Assembly (NCBI GenBank): GCA_964016885.1 | Contig: OZ024741.1 | Location: 408,518,001 to 408,582,000, forward strand | From: Eledone cirrhosa | Lineage: Eukaryota | Direction: 5' to 3' | Length of the DNA: 64,000 bases | Part shown: positions 36,501 to 53,100 of the stretch, one piece after another | Position numbering within the stretch: the stretch's first letter is position 1 | Layout: each line of letters begins with the position of its first letter | Made by a program: the position numbers and the translations under genes | The notes under the pieces: model-generated | Told to the model about the DNA's origin: nothing | Databases searched by the model: none | Seen by the model: only the letters and a program-made list of their open reading frames with translations

Positions 36501-39500
36501 ACATAATCAGATAATACACACATCTAGGACGATATGCAACACATAATCAGATAATACACACATCTAGGACCACATACAACACATAATCAGATAATACACA
36601 CATCTAGGACCACATACAACACATAATCAGATAATACACACATCTAGCACCACATACAACACATAATCAGATAATACACACATCTAGGACCACATATAAC
36701 ACATAATCAGATAATACACACATCTAGGACCACATACAACACATAATCAGATAATACACACATCTAGGAACACATACAACACATAATCAGATAATACACA
36801 CATCTAGGACCACATTTAACACATAATCAGATAATACACACATCTAGGACCACATTTAAAACATAATCAGATAATACACACATCTAGGACCACATACAAC
36901 ACACAATCAGATAATACACACATCTAGGACCACATACAACACATAATCAGATAATACACACATCTAGAACCACATACAACACATAATCAGATAATAGACA
37001 CATCTAGGACGATATACAACACATAATCAGATAATACACACATCTAGGACCACATATAACACATAATGAGGTAATACACACATCTAGGACTACATACAAC
37101 ACATAATAAGATAATTCACACATCTAGGACCACATACAACACATAATCAGATAATACACACATCTAGGACACATACAACAATTAATCAGATAATACACAC
37201 ATCTAGAACCACATACAACACATAATCAGATAATACACACATCTAGGACGATATACAACACATAATCAGATAATACACACATCTAGGACCACATATAACA
37301 CATAATGAGGTAATACACACATCTAGGACTACATACAACACATAATAAGATAATTCACACATCTAGGACCACATACAACACATAATCAGATAATACACAC
37401 ATCTAGGACACATACAACAATTAATCAGATAATACACACATCTAGAACCACATACAACACATAATCAGATAATACACACATCTAGGACCACATACAACAC
37501 ATAATAAGATAATACACACACATCTAGGACCACATACAACACATAATCAGATAATACACACATCTAGGACGATATACAACACATAATCAGATAATACACA
37601 CATCTAGGGCCACATACAACACACAATCAGATAATACACACATCTAGGGCCACATACAACACATAATCAGATAATACACACATCTAGGACAACATACAAC
37701 ACATAATCAGATAATACACACATCTAGGACCACATACAACACATAATCAGGTAATACACACATGTAGAACCACATACAACACATAATCAGATAATACACA
37801 CATCTAGGACGATATACAACACATAATCAGATAATACACACATCTAGGGCCACATACAACACATAATCAGATAATACACGCATCTAGGGCCACATACAAC
37901 ACATAATCAGATAATACACACATCTAGGACCACATACAACACATAATCAGATAATACACACATCTAGGACCACATTTAACACATAATCAGATAATACACA
38001 CATCTAGGACCACATTTAACACATAATCAGATAATACACACATCTAGGACCACATACAACACATAATCAGATAATACACACATCTAGAACCACATACAAC
38101 ACATAATCAGATAATACACACATCTAGGACGATATACAACACATAATCAGATAATACACACATCTAGGGCCACATACAACACATAATCAGATAATACACA
38201 CATCTAGGGCCACATACAACACATAATCAGATAATACACACATCTAGGACCACATACAACACATAATCAGATAATACACACATCTAGGACCACATACAAC
38301 ACATAATCAGATAATACACACATCTAGAACCACATACAACACATAATCAGATAATACACACATCTTGAACCACATACAACACATAATCAGATAATACACA
38401 CATCTAGGACCACGTACAACACATAATCAGATAATACACACATCTAGGGCCACATACAACACATAATCAGATAATACACACATCTAGGACCACATACAAC
38501 ACATAACCAGATAATACACACATCTAGGACAACATACAACACATAATCAGTTAATACACACATCTAGGACCACATTTAACACATAATCAGATAATACACA
38601 CATCTAGGACCACATACAACACATAATCAGATAATACACACATCTAGGTCCACATTTAACACATAATCAGATAATACACACATCTAGGACAACATACAAC
38701 ACATAATCAGATAATACACACATCTTGAACCATATACAACACATAATCAGATAATACACACATCTAGGACCACATACAACACATAATCAGATAATACACA
38801 CATCTAGGGCGACATACAACACATAATCAGATAATACACACATCTAGGACCACATAAAACACATAATCAGATAATACACACATCTAGGACCACATATAAC
38901 ACATAATCAGATAATACACACATCTAGGACCACATACAACACATAATCAGATAATACACACATCTAGGACCACATACAACACATAATCAGATAATACACA
39001 CATCTAGGACCACATTTAACACATAATCAGATAACACACACATCTAGGACCACATTTAACACATAATCAGATAATACTCACACCTAGGACCACATATAAC
39101 ACATAATCAGATACTACACACATCTAGGACCACGTATAACACATAATCAGATAATACACACATCTAGGACCACATACAACACATAATCAGATAATACACA
39201 CATCTAGGACCACATACAACACATAATCAGATAATACACACATCTAGGACCACATTTAACACATAATCAGATAATACACACATCTAGGACCACATTTAAC
39301 ACATAATCAGATAATACACACATCTAGGACCACATATAACACATAATCAGATAATACACACATCTAGGACCACATTTAACACATAATCAGATAATACACA
39401 CATCTAGGACCACATATAACACATAATCAGATAATACACACATCTAGGACCACATATAACACATAATCAGATAATACACACATCTAGGACCACATTTAAC

Positions 39501-41580
39501 ACATAATTAGATAATACACACATCTAGGACCACATATAACACATAATCAGATAATACACACATCTAGGACCACATTTAACACATAATCAGATAATACACA
39601 CATCTAGGACCACATATAACACATAATCAGATAATACACACATCTAGGACCACATTTAACACATAATCAGATAATACACACATATAGGACCACATATAAC
39701 ACATAATCAGATAATACACACATCTAGGACCACATACAACACATAGTCAGATAATACACAAATCTAGGACCACATTTAACACATAATCAGATAATACACA
39801 CATCTAGGACCACATATAACACATAATCAGATAATACACACATCTAGGACCACATACAACACATAATCAAATAATACACACATCTAGAACCACATACAAC
39901 ACATAATCAGATAATACACACATCTAGGACGATATACAACACATAATCAGATAATACACACATCTAGGACCACATACAACACATAATCAGATAATACACA
40001 CATCTAGGACCACATACAACACATAATCAGATAATACACACATCTAGCACCACATACAACACATAATCAGATAATACACACATCTAGGACCACATACAAC
40101 ACATAATCAGATAATACACACATCTAGGACCACATACAACACATAATCAGATAATACACACATCTAGGAACACATACAACACATAATCAGATAATACACA
40201 CATCTAGGACCACATTCAACACATAATCAGATAATACACACATCTAGGACCACATTTAAAACATAATCAGATAATACACACATCTAGGACCACATACAAC
40301 ACATAATCAGATAATACACACATCTAGGACCACATACAACACATAATCAGATAATACACACATCTAGAACCACATACAACACATAATCAGATAATACACA
40401 CATCTAGGACGATATACAACACATAATCAGATAATACACACATCTAGGACCACATATAACACATAATCAGGTAATACACACATCTAGGACTACATACAAC
40501 ACATAATCAGATAATTCACACATCTAGGACCACATACAACACATAATCAGATAATACACACATCTAGGACACATACAACACATAATCAGATAATACACAC
40601 ATCTAGAACCACATACAACACATAATCAGATAATACACACATCTAGGACCACATACAACACATAATCAGATAATACACACACATCTAGGACCACATACAA
40701 CACATAATCAGATAATACACACATCTAGGACGATATACAACACATAATCAGATAATACATACATCTAGGGCCACATACAACACACAATCAGATAATACAC
40801 ACATCTAGGGCCACATACAACACATAATCAGATAATACACACATCTAGGACAACATACAACACATAATCAGATAATACACACATCTAGGACCACATACAA
40901 CACATAATCAGGTAATACACACATGTAGAACCACATACAACACATAATCAGATAATACACACATCTAGGACGATATACAACACATAATCAGATAATACAC
41001 ACATCTAGGGCCACATACAACACATAATCAGATAATACACACATCTAGGGCCACATACAACACATAATCAGATAATACACGCATCTAGGGCCACATACAA
41101 CACATAATCAGATAATACACACATCTAGGACCACATACAACACATAATCAGATAATACACACATCTAGGACCACATTTAACACATAATCAGATAATACAC
41201 ACATCTAGGACCACATTTAACACATAATCAGATAATACACACATCTAGGACCACATACAACACATAATCAGATAATACACACATCTAGAACCACATACAA
41301 CACATAATCAGATAATACACACATCTAGGACGATATACAACACATAATCAGATAATACACACATCTAGGGCCACATACAACACATAATCAGATAATACAC
41401 ACATCTAGGGCCACATACAACACATAATCAGATAATACACACATCTAGGACCACATACAACACATAATTAGATAATACACACATCTAGGACCACATACAA
41501 CACATAATCAGATAATACACACATCTAGAACCACATACAACACATAATCAGATAATACACACATCTTGAACCACATACAA
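31200..41580. repeat. Tandem duplication, offset 5083 bp then 5322 bp (+239)
   Basis: TGCAAC 31452/36535 (5083). GATACTAC C at 33792/39114 and CACAAATCT A at 34439/39761 (5322). Offsets grow slightly further on because of single-monomer indels. Confidence 0.85.
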
Positions 41581-44500
41581 CACATAATCAGATAATACAC
41601 ACATCTAGGACCACATACAACACATAATCAGATAATACACACATCTAGGGCCACATACAACACATAATCAGATAATACACACATCTAGGACCACATACAA
41701 CACATAATCAGATAATACACACATCTAGGACAACATACAACACATAATCAGATAATACACACATCTAGGACCACATTTAACACATAATCAGATAATACAC
41801 ACATCTAGGACCACATACAACACATAATCAGATAATACACACATCTAGGTCCACATTTAACACATAATCAGATAATACACACATCTAGGACAACATACAA
41901 CACATAATCAGATAATACACACATCTTGAACCACATACAACACATAATCAGATCATACACACATCTAGGACCACATACAACACATAATCAGATAATACAC
42001 ACATCTAGGGCGACATACAACACATAATCAGATAATACACACATCTAGGACCACATAAAACACATAATCAGATAATACACACATCTAGGACCACATATAA
42101 CACATAATCAGATAATACACACATCTAGGACCACATACAACACATAATCAGATAATACACACATCTAGGACCACATACAACACATAATCAGATAATACAC
42201 ACATCTAGGACCACATTTAACACATAATCAGATAACACACACATCTAGGACCACATTTAACACATAATCAGATAATACACACACCTAGGACCACATATAA
42301 CACATAATCAGATACTACACACATCTAGGACCACGTATAACACATAATCAGATAATACACACATCTAGGACCACATACAACACATAATCAGATAATACAC
42401 ACATCTAGGACCACATACAACAGATAATCAGATAATACACACATCTAGGACCACATTTAACACATAATCAGATAATACACACATCTAGGACCACATTTAA
42501 CACATAATCAGATAGTACACACATCTAGGACCACATTTAACACATAATCAGATAATACACACATCTAGGACCACATATAACACATAATCAGATAATACAC
42601 ACATCTAGGACCACATATAACACATAATCAGATAATACACACATCTAGGACCACATTTAACACATAATTAGATAATACACACATCTAGGACCACATATAA
42701 CACATAATCAGATAATACACACATCTAGGACCACATTTAACACATAATCAGATAATACACACATCTAGGACCACATATAACACATAATCAGATAATACAC
42801 ACATCTAGGACCACATACAACACATAATCAGATAATACACACATCTAGGACCACATTTAACACATAATCAGATAATACACACATCTAGGACCACATTTAA
42901 CACATAATCAGATAATACACACATCTAGGACCACATACAACACATAATCAGATAATACACACATCTAGAACCACATACAACACATAATCAGATAATACAC
43001 ACATCTAGGACGATATACAACACATAATCAGATAATACACACATCTAGGGCCACATACAACACATAATCAGATAATACACACATCTAGGGCCACATACAA
43101 CACATAATCAGATAATACACACATCTAGGACCACATACAACACATAATCAGATAATACACACATCTAGGACCACATACAACACATAATCAGATAATACAC
43201 ACATCTAGAACCACATACAACACATAATCAGATAATACACACATCTTGAACCACATACAACACATAATCAGATAATACACACATCTAGGACCACGTACAA
43301 CACATAATCAGATAATACACACATCTAGGGCCACATACAACACATAATCAGATAATACACACATCTAGGACCACATACAACACATAACCAGATAATACAC
43401 ACATCTAGGACAACATACAACACATAATCAGATAATACACACATCTAGGACCACATTTAACACATAATCAGATAATACACACATCTAGGACCACATACAA
43501 CACATAATCAGATAATACACACATCTAGGTCCACATTTAACACGTAATCAGATAATACACACATCTAGGACAACATACAACACATAATCAGATAATACAC
43601 ACATCTTGAACCATATACAACACATAATCAGATAATACACACATCTAGGACCACATACAACACATAATCAGATAATACACACATCTAGGGCGACATACAA
43701 CACATAATCAGATAATACACACATCTAGGACCACATAAAACACATAATCAGATAATACACACATCTAGGACCACATATAACACATAATCAGATAATACAC
43801 ACATCTAGGACCACATACAACACATAATCAGATAATACACACATCTAGGACCACATACAACACATAATCAGATAATACACACATCTAGGACCACATTTAA
43901 CACATAATCAGATAACACACACATCTAGGACCACATTTAACACATAATCAGATAATACACACACCTAGGACCACATATAACACATAATCAGATACTACAC
44001 ACATCTAGGACCACGTATAACACATAATCAGATAATACACACATCTAGGACCACATACAACACATAATCAGATAATACACACATCTAGGACCACATACAA
44101 CACATAATCAGATAATACACACATCTAGGACCACATTTAACACATAATCAGATAATACACACATCTAGGACCACATTTAACACATAATCAGATAATACAC
44201 ACATCTAGGACCACATATAACACATAATCAGATAATACACACATCTAGGACCACATTTAACACATAATCAGATAATACACACATCTAGGACCACATATAA
44301 CACATAATCAGATAATACACACATCTAGGACCACATATAACACATAATCAGATAATACACACATCTAGGACCACATTTAACACATAATTAGATAATACAC
44401 ACATCTAGGACCACATATAACACATAATCAGATAATACACACATCTAGGACCACATTTAACACATAATCAGATAATACACACATCTAGGACCACATATAA

Positions 44501-47500
44501 CACATAATCAGATAATACACACATCTAGGACCACATTTAACACATAATCAGATAATACACACATCTAGGACCACATATAACACATAATCAGATAATACAC
44601 ACATCTAGGACCACATACAACACATAGTCAGATAATACACAAATCTAGGACCACATTTAACACATAATCAGATAATACACACATCTAGGACCACATATAA
44701 CACATAATCAGATAATACACACATCTAGGACCACATACAACACATAATCAAATAATACACACATCTAGAACCACATACAACACATAATCAGATAATACAC
44801 ACATCTAGGACGATATACAACACATAATCAGATAATACACACATCTAGGACCACATACAACACATAATCAGATAATACACACATCTAGGACCACATACAA
44901 CACATAATCAGATAATACACACATCTAGCACCACATACAACACATAATCAGATAATACACACATCTAGGACCACATACAACACATAATCAGATAATACAC
45001 ACATCTAGGACCACATACAACACATAATCAGATAATACACACATCTAGGAACACATACAACACATAATCAGATAATACACACATCTAGGACCACATTCAA
45101 CACATAATCAGATAATACACACATCTAGGACCACATTTAAAACATAATCAGATAATACACACATCTAGGACCACATACAACACATAATCAGATAATACAC
45201 ACATCTAGGACCACATACAACACATAATCAGATAATACACACATCTAGAACCACATACAACACATAATCAGATAATACACACATCTAGGACGATATACAA
45301 CACATAATCAGATAATACACACATCTAGGACCACATATAACACATAATCAGGTAATACACACATCTAGGACTACATACAACACATAATCAGATAATTCAC
45401 ACATCTAGGACCACATACAACACATAATCAGATAATACACACATCTAGGACACATACAACACATAATCAGATAATACACACATCTAGAACCACATACAAC
45501 ACATAATCAGATAATACACACATCTAGGACCACATACAACACATAATCAGATAATACACACACATCTAGGACCACATACAACACATAATCAGATAATACA
45601 CACATCTAGGACGATATACAACACATAATCAGATAATACATACATCTAGGGCCACATACAACACACAATCAGATAATACACACATCTAGGGCCACATACA
45701 ACACATAATCAGATAATACACACATCTAGGACAACATACAACACATAATCAGATAATACACACATCTAGGACCACATACAACACATAATCAGGTAATACA
45801 CACATGTAGAACCACATACAACACATAATCAGATAATACACACATCTAGGGCCACATACAACACATAATCAGATAATACACGCATCTAGGGCCACATACA
45901 ACACATAATCAGATAATACACACATCTAGGACCACATACAACACATAATCAGATAATACACACATCTAGGACCACATTTAACACATAATCAGATAATACA
46001 CACATCTAGGACCACATTTAACACATAATCAGATAATACACACATCTAGGACCACATACAACACATAATCAGATAATACACACATCTAGAACCACATACA
46101 ACACATAATCAGATAATACACACATCTAGGACGATATACAACACATAATCAGATAATACACACATCTAGGGCCACATACAACACATAATCAGATAATACA
46201 CACATCTAGGGCCACATACAACACATAATCAGATAATACACACATCTAGGACCACATACAACACATAATTAGATAATACACACATCTAGGACCACATACA
46301 ACACATAATCAGATAATACACACATCTAGAACCACATACAACACATAATCAGATAATACACACATCTTGAACCACATACAACACATAATCAGATAATACA
46401 CACATCTAGGACCACATACAACACATAATCAGATAATACACACATCTAGGGCCACATACAACACATAATCAGATAATACACACATCTAGGACCACATACA
46501 ACACATAATCAGATAATACACACATCTAGGACAACATACAACACATAATCAGATAATACACACATCTAGGACCACATTTAACACATAATCAGATAATACA
46601 CACATCTAGGACCACATACAACACATAATCAGATAATACACACATCTAGGTCCACATTTAACACATAATCAGATAATACACACATCTAGGACAACATACA
46701 ACACATAATCAGATAATACACACATCTTGAACCACATACAACACATAATCAGATCATACACACATCTAGGACCACATACAACACATAATCAGATAATACA
46801 CACATCTAGGGCGACATACAACACATAATCAGATAATACACACATCTAGGACCACATAAAACACATAATCAGATAATACACACATCTAGGACCACATATA
46901 ACACATAATCAGATAATACACACATCTAGGACCACATACAACACATAATCAGATAATACACACATCTAGGACCACATACAACACATAATCAGATAATACA
47001 CACATCTAGGACCACATTTAACACATAATCAGATAACACACACATCTAGGACCACATTTAACACATAATCAGATAATACACACATCTAGGACCACATATA
47101 ACACATAATCAGATACTACACACATCTAGGACCACGTATAACACATAATCAGATAATACACACATCTAGGACCACATACAACACATAATCAGATAATACA
47201 CACATCTAGGACCACATACAACAGATAATCAGATAATACACACATCTAGGACCACATTTAACACATAATCAGATAATACACACATCTAGGACCACATTTA
47301 ACACATAATCAGATAGTACACACATCTAGGACCACATTTAACACATAATCAGATAATACACACATCTAGGACCACATATAACACATAATCAGATAATACA
47401 CACATCTAGGACCACATATAACACATAATCAGATAATACACACATCTAGGACCACATTTAACACATAATTAGATAATACACACATCTAGGACCACATATA

Positions 47501-47620
47501 ACACATAATCAGATAATACACACATCTAGGACCACATTTAACACATAATCAGATAATACACACATCTAGGACCACATATAACACATAATCAGATAATACA
47601 CACATCTAGGACCACATTTA
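37920..47620. repeat. Tandem duplication, offset 4881 bp then 4801 bp (two monomers lost near 45830)
   Basis: CACGTAC G at 38414/43295 and CACAAATCT 39761/44642 (4881). GATCATAC 41951/46752, CAGATAATCAGAT 42421/47222, GATAGTAC 42511/47312 (4801). Confidence 0.9.
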
Positions 47621-48900
47621 ACACATAATCAGATAATACACACATCTAGGACCACATATAACACATAATCAGATAATACACACATCTAGGACCACATACA
47701 ACACATAGTCAGATAATACACAAATCTAGGACCACATTTAACACATAATCAGATAATACACACATCTAGGACCACATATAACACATAATCAGATAATACA
47801 CACATCTAGGACCACATACAACACATAATCAAATAATACACACATCTAGAACCACATACAACACATAATCAGATAATACACACATCTAGGACGATATACA
47901 ACACATAATCAGATAATACACACATCTAGGACCACATACAACACATAATCAGATAATACACACATCTAGGACCACATACAACACATAATCAGATAATACA
48001 CACAACTAGCACCACATACAACACATAATCAGATAATACACACATCTAGGACCACATACAACACATAATCAGATAATACACACATCTAGGACCACATACA
48101 ACACATAATCAGATAATACACACATCTAGGAACACATACAACACATAATCAGATAATACACACATCTAGGACCACATTCAACACATAATCAGATAATACA
48201 CACATCTAGGACCACATTTAAAACATAATCAGATAATACACACATCTAGGACCACATACAACACATAATCAGATAATACACACATCTAGGACCACATACA
48301 ACACATAATCAGATAATACACACATCTAGAACCACATACAACACATAATCAGATAATACACACATCTAGGACGATATACAACACATAATCAGATAATACA
48401 CACATCTAGGACCACATATAACACATAATCAGGTAATACACACATCTAGGACTACATACAACACATAATCAGATAATTCACACATCTAGGACCACATACA
48501 ACACATAATCAGATAATACACACATCTAGGACACATACAACACATAATCAGATAATACACACATCTAGAACCACATACAACACATAATCAGATAATACAC
48601 ACATCTAGGACCACATACAACACATAATCAGATAATACACACACATCTAGGACCACATACAACACATAATCAGATAATACACACATCTAGGACGATATAC
48701 AACACATAATCAGGTAATACACACATCTAGGGCCACATACAACACACAATCAGATAATACAAACATCTAGGGCCACATACAACACATAATCAGATAATAC
48801 ACACATCTAGGACAACATACAACACATAATCAGATAATACACACATCTAGGACCACATACAACACATAATCAGGTAATACACACATGTAGAACCACATAC
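44300..48900. repeat. Duplication, offset 3081 bp (77 monomers + 1 bp): ~44300-45820 repeated at ~47380-48900
   Basis: CACAAATCT variant A at 44642/47723, followed in both by the same order TCAAATAAT, AGCACC, GGAACAC, CATTCAAC, TTTAAAAC, CAGGTAAT, GGACACAT deletion, ACATGTAGAA. Confidence 0.8.
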
Positions 48901-50169
48901 AACACATAATCAGATAATCACACATCTAGGACGATATACAACACATAATCAGATAATACACACATCTAGGGCCACATACAACACATAATCAGATAATACA
49001 CACATCTAGCACCACATACAACACATAATCAGATAATACACACATCTAGGACCACATATAACACATAATCAGATAATACACACATCTAGGACCACATTTA
49101 ACTCATAATCAGATAATACACACATCTAGGACCACATATAACACATAATCAGATAATACACACATCTAGGACCACATTTAACACATAATCAGATAATACA
49201 CACATCTAGGACCACATTTAACACATAATCAGATAATACACACATCTAGGACCACATATAACACATAATCAGATAATACACACATCTAGGACCACATATA
49301 ACACATAATCAGATAATACACACATCTAGGACCACATACAACACATAATCAGATAATACACACATCTAGGACCACATTCAACACATAATCAGATAATACA
49401 CACATCTAGGACCACATTTAACACATAATCAGATAATACACACATCTAGGACCACATTTAACACATAATCAGATAATACACACATCTAGGACCACATATA
49501 ACACATAATCAGATAATACACACATCTAGGACCACATATAACACATAATCAGATAATACACACATCTAGGACCACATTTAACACATAATCAGATAATACA
49601 CACATCTAGGACCACATATAACACATAATCAGATAATACACACATCTAGGACCACATTTAACACATAATCAGATAATACACACATCTAGGACCACATATA
49701 ACACATAATCAGATAATACACACATCTAGGACCACATTTAACACATAATCAGATAATACACACATCTAGGTCCACATATAACACATAATCAGATAATACA
49801 CACATCTAGGACCACATACAACACATAATCAGATAATACACACATCTAGGACCACATTTAACACATAATCAGATAATACACACATCTAGGACCACATATA
49901 ACACATAATCAGATAATACACACATCTAGGACCACATACAACACATAATCAGATAATACACACATCTAGAACCACATACAACACATAATCAGATAATACA
50001 CACATCTAGGACGATATACAACACATAATCAGATAATACACACATCTAGGACCACATACAACACATAATCAGATAATACACACATCTAGGACCACATACA
50101 ACACATAATCAGATAATACACACATCTAGCACCACATACAACACATAATCAGATAATACACACATCTAG

Positions 50170-53100
50170 GACCACATAAAACACATAATCAGATAATACA
50201 CACATCTAGGATCACATACAACACATAATCAGATAATACACACATCTAGGACCACATACAACACATAATCAGATAATACACACATCTAGGACAACATTTA
50301 ACACATAATCAGATAATACACGCATCTAGGACCACATTTAACACATAATCAGATTATACACACATCTAGGACCACATACAACAAATAATCAGATAATACA
50401 CACATCTAGGACCACATACAACACATAATCAGATAATACACACATCTAGAACCACATACAACACATAATCAGATAATACACACATCTAGGACGATATACA
50501 ACACATAATCAGATAATACACACATCTAGGACCACATATAACACATAATCAGATAATACACACATCTAGGACTACATACAACACATAATCAGATAATACA
50601 CACATCTAGGACCACATACAACACATAATCAGATAATACACACATCTAGGACCACATACAACACACAATCAGATAATACACACATCTAGAACGACATACA
50701 ACACATAATCAGATAATACACACATCTAGGACCACATACAACACATAATCAGATAATACACACACATCTAGGACCACATACAACACATAATCAGATAATA
50801 CACACATCTAGGACCACATATAACACATAATCAGATAATACACACATCTAGGACCACATACAACACACAATCAGATAATACACACATCTAGAACGACATA
50901 CAACACATAATCAGATAATACACACATCTAGGACCACATACAACACATAATCAGATAATACACACACATCTAGGACCACATACAACACATAATCAGATAA
51001 TACACACATCTAGGACCACATACAACACATAATCAGATAATACACACATCTAGGACGATATACAACACATAATCAGATAATACACACATCTAGGGCCACA
51101 TACAACACATAATCAGATAATACACACATCTAGGGCCACATACAACACATAATCAGATAATACACACATCTAGGACCACATACAACACATAATCAGATAA
51201 TACACACATCTAGGACCACATACAACACATAATCAGATAATACACACATCTAGAACCACATACAACACATAATCAGATAATACACACATCTAGGACGATA
51301 TACAACACATAATCAGATAATACACACATCTAGGGCCACATACAACACCTAATCAGATAATACACACATCTAGGACCACATACAACACATAATCACATAA
51401 TACACACATCTAGGACCACATACAACACATAATCAGATAATACACACATCTAGGACCACATATAACACATAATCAGATAATACACACATCTAGGACCACA
51501 TTTAACACATAATCAGATAATACACACATCTAGGACCACATATAACACATAATCAGATAATACACACATCTAGGACCACATTTAACACATAATCAGATAA
51601 TACACACATCTAGGACCACATATAACACATAATCAGATAATACACACATCTAGGACCACATTTAACACATAATCAGATAATACACACATCTAGGTCCACA
51701 TATAACACATAATCAGATAATACACACATCTAGGACCACATACAACACATAATCAGATAATACACTCATCTAGGACCACATACAACACATAATCAGATAA
51801 TACACACATCTAGGACGATATACAACACATAATCAGATAATACACACATCTAGGGCCACATACAACACATAATCAGATAATACACACATCTAGGGCCACA
51901 TACAACACATAATCAGATAATACACACATCTAGGACCACATACAACACATAATCAGATAATACACACATCTAGGACCACATACAACACATAATCAGATAA
52001 TACACACATCTAGAACCACATACAACACATAATCAGATAATACACACATCTAGGACGATATACAACACATAATCAGATAATACACACATCTAGGGCCACA
52101 TACAACACATAATCAGATAATACACACATCTAGGACCACATACAACACATAATCACATAATACACACATCTAGGACCACATACAACACATAATCAGATAA
52201 TACACACATCTAGGACCTCATATAACACATAATCAGATGATACACACTTCTAGGACCACTTTTAACACATAATCAGATAATACACACATCTAGGACCACA
52301 TATAACACATAATCAGATAATACACACATCTAGGACCACATTTAACACATAATCAGATAATACACACATCTAGGACCACATACAACACATAATCAGATAA
52401 TACACACATCTAGGACGATATACAACACATAATCAGATAATACACACATCTAGGACCACATATAACACATAATCAGATAATACACACATCTAGGACTACA
52501 TACAACACATAATCAGATAATACACACATCTAGGACCACATACAACACATAATCAGATAATACACACATCTAGGACCACATACAACACACAATCAGATAA
52601 TACACACATCTAGAACGACATACAACACATAATCAGATAATACACACATCTAGGACCACATACAACACATAATCAGATAATACACACACATCTAGGACCA
52701 CATACAACACATAATCAGATAATACACACATCTAGGACCACATATAACACATAATCAGATAATACACACATCTAGGACCACATACAACACACAATCAGAT
52801 AATACACACATCTAGAACGACATACAACACATAATCAGATAATACACACATCTAGGACCACATACAACACATAATCAGATAATACACACATCTAGGACCA
52901 CATACAACACATAATCAGATAATACACACATCTAGAACCACATACAACACATAATCAGATAATACACACATCTAGGACGATATACAACACATAATCAGAT
53001 AATACACACATCTAGGGCCACATACAACACCTAATCAGATAATACACACATCTAGGACCACATACAACACATAATCACATAATACACACATCTAGGACCA

